Assembly: GCA_947254645.1 (NCBI GenBank)
Contig: CAMYDW010000001.1
Coordinates: 63,433 to 127,432 of the forward strand
From: an uncultured Peptococcaceae bacterium
Lineage (GTDB): Bacteria > Bacillota > Peptococcia > Peptococcales > Peptococcaceae
Length of the DNA: 64,000 nt
Direction: 5' to 3'
Numbering within the stretch: position 1 is the stretch's first letter; each line of letters begins with the position of its first letter. Made by a program: the position numbers and the translations under genes. Below, one piece after another: positions 53,572 to 63,883 of this stretch. The notes below the pieces were generated by a model that searched no databases, had not been told where the DNA came from, and saw nothing but the letters and a program-made list of their open reading frames with translations.

Positions 53572-53901
53572 ATGAATAAGGAACAAATTGAACCAGAATT
53601 GGTGTCTTACTTTGGCTCAGAATATGAACGTGTGCCACGTTTTTACATCATAGATGAAGAAGGGCAGGAACGTATTCACCCTGCTTTTTGTGATTCTCCA
53701 GAAGGGGATATTGATTGCTTTTATGTGCGTCAGCCATTGATGTTGAGCTTTTGCCGTTTGCGCACTGCTGCACGTTTACGCTATGATGAGGTCAATCCAC
53801 GTCTGTTCCGTGATTTTGACTCTCATTATCGTGAAATGACTCGAGATCAAATAGATGCCTACACACGCTATATTGAAGGAGACTTTTCTAAATTGGCGTA
53901 G
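53572..53901 (+). CDS. Hypothetical cytoplasmic protein (109 aa)
   Basis: ORF with RBS GAGAGGAG; no family recognised. Confidence 0.45.
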   Translation: MNKEQIEPELVSYFGSEYERVPRFYIIDEEGQERIHPAFCDSPEGDIDCFYVRQPLMLSFCRLRTAARLRYDEVNPRLFRDFDSHYREMTRDQIDAYTRYIEGDFSKLA

Positions 53902-54020
53902 CGACCTTCCATCAAATAGAAAAATACCTTTATCAAAGCAGGTGTGATAAAGGTATTTTTCTTGTTTTTTTGTCTAAAAGGACTATAATTTAATCTATCG
54001 TTCAAAAAGGAGGAAATAAA

Positions 54021-54917
54021 ATGAAATTAAAAGGGCCGTGGCTGGTGCTGCTTTGTTATCTGTTATTTGGTATATTTCCTCTTTATTGGAAATTGCTTTC
54101 CAATCTAAATCCTTATTTTATTTTAACTAACCGTGTGATTTGGTCTCTTGGCTTTGCGGTGATGATTCTCATTGTGCAGAATCAATTCGCGCACTTGGGT
54201 GAGATGCTTCATGATGCAAAAATGCGTAGGGTACTTGCTCTTAGTGGCTTTTTATTGGTCGTCAACTGGGGCACCTATATTATTGCCATCAATACCAACC
54301 ATGTGATTGATGCATCGTTGGCTTATTATTTGAATCCAATCATCTCGATTATATTGGGGCAATTCTTCTTTAAAGAAAAGCTGACTGGCTTGCAAAAGCT
54401 ATCAGTGGTGATTGCCACAGCGGGCGTGTTATATGCAGTCATCAGCTTCCATACAGTACCTTGGTTGGCGCTGATTATGGGTGGGAGTTTTTCTTTTTAT
54501 GGGGCACTCAAAAAAACCGTCAAAAATATCGATGGTGTGACCTCTCTGGCCATTGAAAATATAATGATGCTTCTGCCAGCAATGCTTGGCTTTGTCTATC
54601 TTTTGACGCATGGGCAAACAGCCTCGGGTAGCCCTGTGCTTTGGTGGCAATGGCTGCTTTTGCCAACCACAGGGATTATCACAGGATTGCCGCTGGTCAT
54701 TTATGCAAAGGGCATTCGTGATACAAGCTATTCCTTAAGTGGGATTTTAATGTACATTAATCCAACGATGCAGCTATTGTGTGGGATATTTATTTTTAAT
54801 GAGCCATTTACCCATGTGTATGCTGTTTTGTTTGGTTTTGTTTGGTGTGCGGTTTTCTTGTATCTATGCAGCACCTTGGGTCAGCTTTGGTGGCAAACCC
54901 ATAAAAAAGAAGGATGA
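54021..54917 (+). CDS. rarD: EamA-family transporter RarD
   Basis: RarD-like N-terminus (GIFPLYWKLL), 10 TM. Confidence 0.7.
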   Translation: MKLKGPWLVLLCYLLFGIFPLYWKLLSNLNPYFILTNRVIWSLGFAVMILIVQNQFAHLGEMLHDAKMRRVLALSGFLLVVNWGTYIIAINTNHVIDASLAYYLNPIISIILGQFFFKEKLTGLQKLSVVIATAGVLYAVISFHTVPWLALIMGGSFSFYGALKKTVKNIDGVTSLAIENIMMLLPAMLGFVYLLTHGQTASGSPVLWWQWLLLPTTGIITGLPLVIYAKGIRDTSYSLSGILMYINPTMQLLCGIFIFNEPFTHVYAVLFGFVWCAVFLYLCSTLGQLWWQTHKKEG

Positions 54918-54940
54918 ACCATTTGGTTCATCCTTCTTTT

Positions 54941-55657
54941 TTATGCTTGGATTTTGTCCGCTTCTTCTCGCGGTAAGAAATGATATTTAACCATGGCATC
55001 CAGCACCTGTCGTTGACGCTGGCGTGCCAAGTTCATATTGGTGTTTGGTGCGTAAGCATTGGGGGCATTGGGCACCCCTGCTAGCAAAGTGGCTTGGTTT
55101 TTTGTGAGCTCGGAAGGCAAGGCATCATAATAGCCTACAGCGGCTTTATAAATACCATAATAACCATTGCCAAAGTAGATGGTATTAATGTAAGCTTCTA
55201 AAATTTCGACTTTATTGTAATTTTTTTCTAATGCCCGTGCCATGAAGATTTCAGCAATCTTTCGGTTCAGGGATTTCTCGTGAGAAAAGTAGAGATTTTT
55301 TGCCAGCTGCTGAGAAATGGTGCTGCCGCCTTCTGCGTAGCTCCCTGTTTGAATATCGGTTTTGATGGCACGCAACATTGCCCGTGCATCAATGCCTTGA
55401 TGCTTATAAAAACGATGGTCCTCAATAGCGATGACGGCATCTAAATAAATGGGATTGACCTCTGCAAGAGGTACAAAATTAGATTGTCCGTGCACCGATT
55501 GCATGGCGATTTCAAGAGGCTCTTCTTGGATGGCATGACGATAAGTCATATAGCCATTGCCAACAATCACTGTCGAAACGGTCATGGCAATACAGATAAG
55601 AAAAAATAATAGCATTAAGAACCAACGCTTGATGGTACGACGAAATGATCTTTTCAT
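54941..55657 (-). CDS. Monofunctional peptidoglycan glycosyltransferase (GT51, MtgA-like) with N-terminal TM anchor
   Basis: GT51 motifs EDHRFYKHQGID and GGSTISQQLAKNLY. Confidence 0.85.
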   Translation of the reverse strand: MKRSFRRTIKRWFLMLLFFLICIAMTVSTVIVGNGYMTYRHAIQEEPLEIAMQSVHGQSNFVPLAEVNPIYLDAVIAIEDHRFYKHQGIDARAMLRAIKTDIQTGSYAEGGSTISQQLAKNLYFSHEKSLNRKIAEIFMARALEKNYNKVEILEAYINTIYFGNGYYGIYKAAVGYYDALPSELTKNQATLLAGVPNAPNAYAPNTNMNLARQRQRQVLDAMVKYHFLPREEADKIQA

Positions 55658-55823
55658 AGGCCCCTCCAATAGATATGTCATGCATTTATTTTAACATACC
55701 CAACCTTACCATTTATGGTGTAAATGTACGATTTTTTTGAAATTTTTCTTAATTGTAGTATAATCACCCTATGAGTGCTCATATTGTATATGTTATAATA
55801 GGCACACAAAGGAGGATTGTTGC

Positions 55824-58121
55824 ATGGGAAAAAAGAAAAACCATTCCTTGGTAAAAGGTGTAAAAAAAGCAACAAAGAGCTTGAAATTATCTCATTTTTT
55901 TATTCTCGTCATATTATTAGTTTTTGTTGCAGGCGTTAGTACAGTAGGTACTGTGATACTAGCAGCCATGAGTGGCATGCCTTCACTCGATAACACCGAC
56001 GTAACAGATTATAACGTGACAAGCTACATTGTCGATAAGGATGATGCTTTTGTTGAAAAATTGTCCTCAAATAATACCAACTACGTAGCGGCAAATTATA
56101 ATCAAATTTCACCAAACATGGTCAAAGCAGTTGTGTCAATTGAAGATAGACGCTTCTATAATCATCATGGTGTTGACCCTGTTCGTATCACAGGTGCAAT
56201 GGTTGCGAATTTAAAAGCAGGCCATACCGTACAAGGTGGGAGTACCATTACCCAGCAGCTGGCTGGCTTGGCACTTTTAGACCGAAACGAAAAGACCTAT
56301 AAACGTAAAATTCAAGAAGCCATTTTAGCAATGCGTATTGAAAACAAATATAGCAAAGAGGATATCATCACCGCTTATCTGAATCGTTGTTACTTTGGTA
56401 TTGGTAAAAGTGGTATGAACTGCTACGGCATTGAAGCTGCAGCAAACGATATTCTAGGCAAGCACGCCTCAGAACTGACCGTGAGTGATGCGGCATTATT
56501 GGCAGGGATGATTCAAAATCCGTCAAGCTGGTCACCACTGACAAATATTGACAATGCAAAGGTTCGTCGTGGACAAGTTTTGCAAGCAATGGAAAGCAAC
56601 GGTGTCATTTCTAAAGACGATTTGAACAAATTTAATGAAGAAAAGATTGAAACAGGCTCCATTACTGAGATGGATACCAATGTGAAGCAATCTTTCAACC
56701 AAAGCTATATCGACTATGTTGTTGAAGAGGCCTTGCAAATTCTTGGTTTACAACGTGATCCTCAAAAGCTTTACACAGGCGGCTATGTGATTCATACCGA
56801 CCTTGACCAAAGCATTCAAGAGCATGCGTACTATTATTTTGAAAACGATGGGAATTTCCCAGGTGGCAGCTATACCCAAATGATGCAAGGGGCGATGGTT
56901 GTCATGAATACCAAAGACTCTGGCATAGCGGCCATTATTGGTGGGCGTCACATGGATGAAGGGCAAGAGCGCAGCTTCAACCGTGCCAGTCAAGCGAAGC
57001 GTCAACCAGGTTCTACCTTTAAGCCAGTCTTTGTGTATGGGCCAGCCTTTGAAGAAGGAAAAGGCACAGGGAGTGTTTTCACAGATGAACCTTATAAAGG
57101 CTATGAAGGACACACCATTAAAAATGCGGATTTAAAATATCGTGGGCCTGTCACTATTCGTTATGCATTACAAGAATCTTTGAATACTGTTGCAGCACGT
57201 TGTACTGAAGAAATTGGCCCTGAAAAAGGGGTGGCCTTTGCGAAAAAATGCGGCATTACCACCTTGGTAGAAGATAAAGGAAAAGCCAATGACTTTACAA
57301 TCTCTGCAGGTATTGGTGGTTTGACCGATGGGGTTACCCCTCTTGAAATGGCAGGTGCCTATGGTGCCTTTGCCAATGAAGGGACTTACACCAAACCACA
57401 TGCCATCACCAAGATTACCACTGAAGAAGGCGATATCATCTGGAAAGAAAAACCAGAAAGCCATCGTGCCATGAGTGAGCAAACCGCTTATATGATGAAT
57501 AGCTGCTTACAAAGTGTTGTAACCAATGGGATTGGGAACTATGGTGCCATCTATGATGGTCGTGTGACTGCTGGTAAAACAGGGACCACCGACAATGCAA
57601 AAGACCTTTGGTTCTGCGGCTATACCCCACAATACGTTGGTGTGGTATGGATGGGCTATGACCAACCAGAAGCCATTTATGCGACCTCTAATGTGCCTGC
57701 TATGGCCTTTGCAAACATTATGAGCTATGCACATCGAGGTCTTGATTTCAAAGAATTTAAGCGACCAGATGATATTGTGGATGTATTGGTAGACTCTAAG
57801 AATGGGAACTTGGCAACACGCTCTACGCCATTCCGTTATCGTGTCAATGAATTATACAAGGCTGGTACAGAACCAACCACTTATTCCAATAATGTATATT
57901 CTTATTATCAATACGAAAATGCGAATAGCCAAACACAGAAGCCGACACAAAACCAAAACCAAAACAATAATCAAACGCAAAATACCACGAATAATCAAAC
58001 CAACACTCAGACCCAGGGACAAGGCACTGGTCAGGGGACTGGTGGTGCTACCCCTAATCCAAATGTTGGAACAGGTGGCACGCAAGGAAACAATACGGCG
58101 AATGTCACAACGGGTGGTTAA
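55824..58121 (+). CDS. Class A penicillin-binding protein (PBP1A-type bifunctional glycosyltransferase/transpeptidase) with Q/N/T-rich C-terminal tail
   Basis: GT51 motifs EDRRFYNHHGVD and GGSTITQQL; transpeptidase STFK, SxN, KTGT. Confidence 0.9.
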   Translation: MGKKKNHSLVKGVKKATKSLKLSHFFILVILLVFVAGVSTVGTVILAAMSGMPSLDNTDVTDYNVTSYIVDKDDAFVEKLSSNNTNYVAANYNQISPNMVKAVVSIEDRRFYNHHGVDPVRITGAMVANLKAGHTVQGGSTITQQLAGLALLDRNEKTYKRKIQEAILAMRIENKYSKEDIITAYLNRCYFGIGKSGMNCYGIEAAANDILGKHASELTVSDAALLAGMIQNPSSWSPLTNIDNAKVRRGQVLQAMESNGVISKDDLNKFNEEKIETGSITEMDTNVKQSFNQSYIDYVVEEALQILGLQRDPQKLYTGGYVIHTDLDQSIQEHAYYYFENDGNFPGGSYTQMMQGAMVVMNTKDSGIAAIIGGRHMDEGQERSFNRASQAKRQPGSTFKPVFVYGPAFEEGKGTGSVFTDEPYKGYEGHTIKNADLKYRGPVTIRYALQESLNTVAARCTEEIGPEKGVAFAKKCGITTLVEDKGKANDFTISAGIGGLTDGVTPLEMAGAYGAFANEGTYTKPHAITKITTEEGDIIWKEKPESHRAMSEQTAYMMNSCLQSVVTNGIGNYGAIYDGRVTAGKTGTTDNAKDLWFCGYTPQYVGVVWMGYDQPEAIYATSNVPAMAFANIMSYAHRGLDFKEFKRPDDIVDVLVDSKNGNLATRSTPFRYRVNELYKAGTEPTTYSNNVYSYYQYENANSQTQKPTQNQNQNNNQTQNTTNNQTNTQTQGQGTGQGTGGATPNPNVGTGGTQGNNTANVTTGG

Positions 58122-58230
58122 AGAAGCTTTTATGAAAGAGAACATCATTGATGTTCTCTTTTTTTTGCCGATGTCTTGAATGAAATAAAAAATAGAGTAG
58201 AATAAAATAGAACAATAGCGAGGAGGTTGC

Positions 58231-59715
58231 ATGATGAAATACATCGTGGCGTTAGATGTAGGCACAACGAGTAGTCGTGCCATCGTGTTTAATCATCAGC
58301 AAGAAATTGTTGGTGTCAAACAACAAGAGATACAACAATACTATCCCCATGCAGGTTGGGTTGAACAGAATCCCATGGATTTATGGGCAGCATCTTATGG
58401 GGTGTTGCAAGAAGTTTTGGCCATGCAGAGCATTCATCCCCAGGATGTCGGTGGCATCGGCATCACCAATCAACGTGAAACCACCATTGTATGGGAAAAA
58501 TCAACAGGGCGTCCTGTGTACAATGCCATCGTTTGGCAGTGTCGACGTACCGCTGGCTTCTGCGAAACCATGAAAAAAGAAGGCTGGAAGGACCCTATCT
58601 TAGAAAAGACAGGTCTTGTGATTGATGCGTATTTCTCTGCAACAAAGCTCAAATGGATTTTAGATAAAGTGGACCCAGATCGTTCAAGAGCCGCCGCTGG
58701 CGAATTGCTTTTTGGGACGGTAGATACGTGGATTTTATGGAAGCTGACAGAAGGGCGTGTGCATGCCACCGACTATACCAATGCTTCTCGAACCATGCTT
58801 TTTAATATCAATACCCTGGAATGGGATCAGGAGTTACTTTCTTACTTCAATATTCCCGCTTGTATGCTGCCAGAGGTTCAACCCTCTAGCCATTTATTCG
58901 GCGAATGCCATATTGGCTTTGGCAAAAAAGGGGTACCGATTTCTGGCATTGCAGGAGATCAGCAAGCCGCCCTTTTTGGTCAGCTTTGTTGGGAAAAAGG
59001 CGAAGCCAAGAACACCTATGGCACAGGCTGTTTCCTATTAATGAATATTGGCAAAGAAGCCACCAAAAGCAAGCATGGATTGGTGACAACCATTGCAGCA
59101 GGAAGAGATGCCAAGCCGTCCTATGCCCTTGAAGGCTCAGTTTTCATTGGTGGCGCAGTGGTGCAATGGCTGCGAGATGAAATGAAGTTTATTGAAAGTG
59201 CTGCCGACTCTGAATTACTTGCTCGCTCCTTAAGGGACAATGGCGGTGTTTATGTGGTGCCTGCTTTTGTTGGCCTAGGGGCGCCTTATTGGGATATGTA
59301 TGCACGTGGGGCGATTTATGGCTTGACCCGTGGTACTGGGCGCACCCATATTGTGCGTGCTGCCCTTGAAGCAGTCGCTTATCAAACAAGGGATGTGCTG
59401 GAGGCCATGGTGGCGGATACTGCTGTTGAAATCAGCAGCTTGCGTGTCGATGGTGGCGCTTCACAAAACCAATTTTTGATGCAGTTCCAAGCAGATATCT
59501 TAGACCGTCAAGTGGAACAACCACAAAATGTTGAGAGCACTGCTTTAGGTGTGGCCTTCCTTTCCGGATTGGCTGTTGGTTTTTGGAAGGATGAAGGGGA
59601 TATCAGGGCAACCCATCGTATGGCACGTGGGTATCTACCGACCATGTCCGAGGAACAACGAAAAGAAAATTACGCAGGTTGGCAAAAGGCCATTGCTTGC
59701 ACAAGAACCCTATAA
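58231..59715 (+). CDS. glpK: Glycerol kinase
   Basis: FGGY kinase signatures; start 58231 or 58234. Confidence 0.93.
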   Translation: MMKYIVALDVGTTSSRAIVFNHQQEIVGVKQQEIQQYYPHAGWVEQNPMDLWAASYGVLQEVLAMQSIHPQDVGGIGITNQRETTIVWEKSTGRPVYNAIVWQCRRTAGFCETMKKEGWKDPILEKTGLVIDAYFSATKLKWILDKVDPDRSRAAAGELLFGTVDTWILWKLTEGRVHATDYTNASRTMLFNINTLEWDQELLSYFNIPACMLPEVQPSSHLFGECHIGFGKKGVPISGIAGDQQAALFGQLCWEKGEAKNTYGTGCFLLMNIGKEATKSKHGLVTTIAAGRDAKPSYALEGSVFIGGAVVQWLRDEMKFIESAADSELLARSLRDNGGVYVVPAFVGLGAPYWDMYARGAIYGLTRGTGRTHIVRAALEAVAYQTRDVLEAMVADTAVEISSLRVDGGASQNQFLMQFQADILDRQVEQPQNVESTALGVAFLSGLAVGFWKDEGDIRATHRMARGYLPTMSEEQRKENYAGWQKAIACTRTL

Positions 59716-59758
59716 AAAAACACACCATGCTTTTAAGCATGGTGTGTTTTTTTATAGA
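59716..59758. terminator. Bidirectional terminator (glpK / SAS gene)
   Basis: AAAAAAACACACCATGCTTTTAAGCATGGTGTGTTTTTTTAT. Confidence 0.8.
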
Positions 59759-60453
59759 CAAAGATGCTGCTTGGCAACATCAGAACGCAATCGATTCATT
59801 TTTTCGTCAAGCTCTGCACTCACATGGGCGCATTCTAGCAATTCATCGGCCATTTCATTGGTAAAGGTCGATAGCTTTTTGTAGCGTAAGTGATGCTCTA
59901 AGGTGGCCCAGAAATCCATTGCGATGGTGCGTAATTGAATTTCAACACGCATGTTTTTCTTTTCGCAGGTGAGGAAAATTGGCACCGATACAATCAGGTG
60001 AAGGCTGCGATAGCCATTCTCTTTTGGATTTTCAATATAGTCTTTTCTCTCTAGCAAGGTGATGTCATCTTGCTTTTCAAGGGCATTGGCAAGGGTATAG
60101 ACGTCATCTATAAAAGAGCAAATAATACGCACACCAGCCACATCGTTGAGGGCTTCTTCAACATTTTCCGTGGTGAACTCATAGCCACGCTTTTCCAGTT
60201 TATCGCGGATACTTGTAACCTCTTTCAGACGTGTCTTGATGCTTTCTATCGGGTTACGTTCATATTGATAAGAAAATTCTTCGCTTAATACTTTAAACTT
60301 TGTTTCAATCTCCATCATGGCACAGCGATAATAGGCCATTAATTCGTTGAAACCGTAGACTTGATTACGTACATAATCTAATAAATCGTTGCGTTTAAAA
60401 ATTTCTTGAAATTCTTGTTGTAAGGCAAGTTCTTGGAATTCATCGTTTGTCAT
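59752..60453 (-). CDS. Small alarmone synthetase (RelQ/YjbM-type GTP pyrophosphokinase)
   Basis: RelA/SpoT synthetase domain only, 233 aa (GVRIICSFIDDVY, YRSLHLIV). Confidence 0.85.
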   Translation of the reverse strand: MTNDEFQELALQQEFQEIFKRNDLLDYVRNQVYGFNELMAYYRCAMMEIETKFKVLSEEFSYQYERNPIESIKTRLKEVTSIRDKLEKRGYEFTTENVEEALNDVAGVRIICSFIDDVYTLANALEKQDDITLLERKDYIENPKENGYRSLHLIVSVPIFLTCEKKNMRVEIQLRTIAMDFWATLEHHLRYKKLSTFTNEMADELLECAHVSAELDEKMNRLRSDVAKQHLCL

Positions 60454-60477
60454 ATTCGAAGGCTCCTTTTTGCAATA

Positions 60478-61320
60478 CTAATGATTTAATGAAGAACGTT
60501 CATCAGGTAGAAAAGTGTCGCAAATGACGATTTGAAAGTCATCCTGTACGGCATGAAGGGTCTCTTTATCCCGTACTGTCCATGCAGCATTGATGGGATG
60601 ATAGAGCTTGCGACAGAGCCAGTAAAACAATTGATTCTTATAGCGATAATTGTAAGCAATAAAATCTGGCCCAATAAGAAAATTTGTCCATAGATGTGTT
60701 GCGATGGCCTTTTTAAAGAAGGACATTTCTTTTTTACTCTTGAAAAAGTTGGTAGATAAGATGCCGCGAAGCACCTGCGGTCGATTTTTCTTAAACCATC
60801 TTATGACACGTGGGTCAAAGGCTTCCACACAATAGAGGCCAGTATAGGCATCTAAAAGCGCTGCCACCTTGCTGGCACTTTCACGCCAATTGTCATCGGT
60901 GTTTTTTATTTCGATAATGAGTGGCACCTGTCCATCCACCAAGTCTAGGACTTCTTGTAATGTAGGAATGGTGGCGGTGCTTGCACAAAGGGGATAGGTA
61001 CCGAGTTCCTGGGCTGTTTTTGTAATGATTTTTTCAGGAGAATGTGCCAAACGTTTGAGGGAAAAATCATGATGCACAATAGGCACGTGGTCGGCACTTA
61101 ATTGAACGTCAAGCTCAATGCCATAATTTCCAGTGATTGCTTTTTTGAAGGCTGGCAGTGTATTTTCTGGTGCCTCCCCTTCGTTATCAAATAGCCCACG
61201 ATGGGCAATGATGGTTTGGGTGAAAGGGCTCATCGCTGCTTTTCTTGAGCGTGTCGGTTTGATGGCGATGAATGGAACAAGCAATAAGATGAAGAAAAAT
61301 AAATAAATAAACCAGGTCAT
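60478..61320 (-). CDS. Glycerophosphodiester phosphodiesterase (GDPD family) with N-terminal signal-anchor
   Basis: IIAHRG ... ENT ... ELDVQLSADHVPIVHHD catalytic motifs. Confidence 0.85.
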   Translation of the reverse strand: MTWFIYLFFFILLLVPFIAIKPTRSRKAAMSPFTQTIIAHRGLFDNEGEAPENTLPAFKKAITGNYGIELDVQLSADHVPIVHHDFSLKRLAHSPEKIITKTAQELGTYPLCASTATIPTLQEVLDLVDGQVPLIIEIKNTDDNWRESASKVAALLDAYTGLYCVEAFDPRVIRWFKKNRPQVLRGILSTNFFKSKKEMSFFKKAIATHLWTNFLIGPDFIAYNYRYKNQLFYWLCRKLYHPINAAWTVRDKETLHAVQDDFQIVICDTFLPDERSSLNH

Positions 61321-61414
61321 AGCAATCTCCTTTAAACATTCTCTTACCAGTATACCACGATATATTCATCTATATGAGCAAAAATCGTTCAAAAATTATA
61401 AAGATTTTTTTGAG

Positions 61415-61767
61415 ATGATGCTTATACGCCTTGGCTGGCAAAGCAAAAATGACTATGCTAAAAAACGCTATCTAAAAGATTGGCAGGAGCTTCTTGTAGA
61501 GGCCCAGGTCGTTTTATCCCAATGCGTTGATGAAGTCTCCGTGAAATTTTTAGACGCACAGCATTTGTGCCCTATGCATTTGACTTTGATTACGAGGAAG
61601 CCATTGTCAATATAGATTTTAGCAATTACCTCGAACAGATTGAGCAGACCGTGACAGGGCCTGTAATGATTTACTTTCCGTCGTTGAAAGAAAAATTGTC
61701 TGGTGTACCACAATCTGTAGCAATTCTTCAGAGAGGCATGAGACCTTTAGCAGTAGAGAGAAAATAA
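61415..61767 (+). pseudogene. Possible frameshifted small gene (two overlapping ORFs, 61415-61615 frame 2 and 61567-61767 frame 1, together about 117 aa) ending at a terminator
   Basis: Two consecutive ORFs in different frames overlapping by 49 nt, one shared terminator at 61768-61800. Confidence 0.25.
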
Positions 61768-61867
61768 AAAAAAGAACCACAAAGGTGGTTCTTTTTTTAT
61801 TGACAGCATTGAAAATAAGTAATAACATTATGATATCAAAATGATATCATAAAAAGGGGCGATAAAA

Positions 61868-62734
61868 ATGGAGAAAAAAGCAACACGTATTTATTTGTTT
61901 TGGACCTTTGCCTGTGCTTGGGTGCTTCAAATAACAGCCAGTCTTTTAGATAAAAATGGTGGCATGTTATTTGGTAGCCTACTAGCAGTCAGCATGTATG
62001 TACCACTTTTTGCAACGTGGATGGCAAGGAAATCCTTGAGCGGGATGGGCTGGAAGCCAGTGCTTAAAAGAAAGAAGCGATACTATCTTATTGCATGGTT
62101 TTTTCCAGCTGTTTTAGGCACCATAGGCGCTGTGCTTTACTATTTGCTGTTTTCAAACCGTTTGGATTGGTCTGCGCCGATGGTTGTTGCTCAAATTGGA
62201 GCGGCTGGCTTAGACAAGCTTGCTGAACAAGGCTTAAATGTGAAAATGCTCATGGGTATTTCATTTATTCAAGCGATTACCTATGCGCCATGGCTGAATA
62301 TGCTCTTTGCTGTTGGTGAAGAGGCAGGGTGGCGAGGATTTTTGTATCCGAATCTCAAGGCGTCTTATGGGGTCAATGTCGGCCGTGTGCTAGGGGGCGT
62401 GATTTGGGGTGTCTGGCATTGGCCAGTCATGCTCTTAGCAGGCTATGAGTATGGAAAAGACTATATTGGCGCACCTGTATTAGGGCCGATACTGTTTTGT
62501 GTCTTTACCGTGGTCGCTGGGATTATATTGGACGAGCTTTATGAAAAAGCAGAATCCATTTGGGCACCAGCCCTTGGACATGGCGCCATTAACGCTTTTG
62601 CAGGTGTCACAGTGATGATGCTCAATCCTGATTATGCCAATGCCTTGATACTGGGACCATCCATGATTGGTGTTATTGGTGGGCTGCCAATGATTCTTGC
62701 GGCTGTTTGGATTTGCTATAGACGAAAACAATAA
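61868..62734 (+). CDS. CPBP-family intramembrane metalloprotease (CAAX protease / Abi)
   Basis: EEAGWRGF, WGVWHWP and HGAINAF motifs (EExxxR, FxxxH, HxxxN). Confidence 0.85.
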   Translation: MEKKATRIYLFWTFACAWVLQITASLLDKNGGMLFGSLLAVSMYVPLFATWMARKSLSGMGWKPVLKRKKRYYLIAWFFPAVLGTIGAVLYYLLFSNRLDWSAPMVVAQIGAAGLDKLAEQGLNVKMLMGISFIQAITYAPWLNMLFAVGEEAGWRGFLYPNLKASYGVNVGRVLGGVIWGVWHWPVMLLAGYEYGKDYIGAPVLGPILFCVFTVVAGIILDELYEKAESIWAPALGHGAINAFAGVTVMMLNPDYANALILGPSMIGVIGGLPMILAAVWICYRRKQ

Positions 62735-62736
62735 AA

Positions 62737-62772
62737 AAAGAACCTCTCCCTAGGGAGAGGTTCTTTTTTGGC
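62737..62772. terminator. Bidirectional terminator (CPBP gene / tRNA-Lys)
   Basis: AAAAAAGAACCTCTCCCTAGGGAGAGGTTCTTTTTTG. Confidence 0.8.
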
Positions 62773-62792
62773 AAATATCCGAAGAGGATAGA

Positions 62793-62865
62793 TGGACCGT
62801 CAGGGGATCGAACCCTGGACAACACGATTAAGAGTCGCGTGCTCTACCAGCTGAGCTAACGGTCC
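62793..62865 (-). tRNA. tRNA-Lys (anticodon CUU), 73 nt, CCA not encoded
   Basis: Manual fold: acceptor GGACCGT/ACGGTCC, D-arm GCTC-AGCTGGTA-GAGC, anticodon arm CGCGA-CTCTTAA-TCGTG, T-arm CAGGG-TTCGATC-CCCTG. Confidence 0.9.
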
Positions 62866-62920
62866 ATTTCAATCTGCAAGATATATTATAGAACGATGCA
62901 GAATGAATGTCAAGGATTTG

Positions 62921-63244
62921 TTAGCAGTCTTCGATGATAGGCTCTGGTGTCCATCGAGCTGCAACGGTCACAAGCCCTTTTTCCTTGCTATAGTCTTTGA
63001 TGACGTCCACACAATGGTCATCACCTTCTAAAACAACCACATCGCCTGCTTCGGTGACACGGTCGAGCCATTTTTTTATTTCTTCAAGTTGTTCGGTGCT
63101 ATTTTCATAGTCCGCAGGATGTTTCCAGAAGCGATTTAAAGTAATTGGTGGTTTTTGCATATCACGTGCTTCGCGCAAAGCAATCGCAAGGTAATGAGCG
63201 TCGGTAAGACGTTGTTGTGTCAGTAAAAAAGCATTGCCACTCAT
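62921..63244 (-). CDS. Hypothetical cytoplasmic protein (107 aa)
   Basis: ORF with RBS AAAGGAGA; start at MSGNAFL; no family recognised. Confidence 0.45.
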   Translation of the reverse strand: MSGNAFLLTQQRLTDAHYLAIALREARDMQKPPITLNRFWKHPADYENSTEQLEEIKKWLDRVTEAGDVVVLEGDDHCVDVIKDYSKEKGLVTVAARWTPEPIIEDC

Positions 63245-63413
63245 AATAAGTCTCCTTTTCAGCATAGTACGAATTTATTATAGCGACTAAAAGGGTGTGT
63301 TGCAAGAAGATGAAATAGTTTACTCAAATTCCTAAAGAATTAGTGGATTTGAGTAAAATCTGTGATATACTAATTCTACTAAAATAGAATGAATTATTGA
63401 TGGAGGTTTTAGC

Positions 63414-63860
63414 ATGAAAATATCTACCAAAGGTCGCTATGGATTACGTGTGATGGTTGACCTAGCAACACATGGTGGCAATAAGCATATTCCGCTAAGA
63501 GAAATTTCTGAGCGACAAAATATTACAGTGAAATATTTAGAGCAAATTATGACACCTTTGCTCAAGGCAGGATTTGTCACCAGCTTCCGTGGAAACAGTG
63601 GCGGCTATCAGCTGAAGCGCTCTGCTGATGAAGTGACTGTCGGTGAAATTATTCGAACCATGGAGGGCTCCTTGGCACCTGTGGCTTGCTTAGAAGGGGA
63701 AGAAAATAATTGCCCTCAACGCAATGAATGTCAGACCTTGCCTGTATGGGAAAAATTGGATCAGTTGATTGAAGATTATCTGAATAGCATTACATTGAGT
63801 GATCTTTTGAGGACTGGAGAACATGAAACTTGTCCGTTGACGCAAGGTGGACGAAGTTAA
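63414..63860 (+). CDS. Rrf2-family transcriptional regulator with three C-terminal cysteines (IscR/CymR-like)
   Basis: Rrf2 HTH (MKISTKGRYGLRVMVDLA ...), CLEGEENNCPQRNEC. Confidence 0.85.
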   Translation: MKISTKGRYGLRVMVDLATHGGNKHIPLREISERQNITVKYLEQIMTPLLKAGFVTSFRGNSGGYQLKRSADEVTVGEIIRTMEGSLAPVACLEGEENNCPQRNECQTLPVWEKLDQLIEDYLNSITLSDLLRTGEHETCPLTQGGRS

Positions 63861-63883
63861 CTTTTATGGAGGAGAGAGGCTAA

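Noticed and set aside
62793-62865. tRNA-Lys as a possible integration hotspot or genomic island border
   Set aside because: No integrase, recombinase, direct repeat of the tRNA 3' end or phage-like genes on either side. The neighbours are a CPBP protease and an Rrf2 regulator, each with its own terminator.
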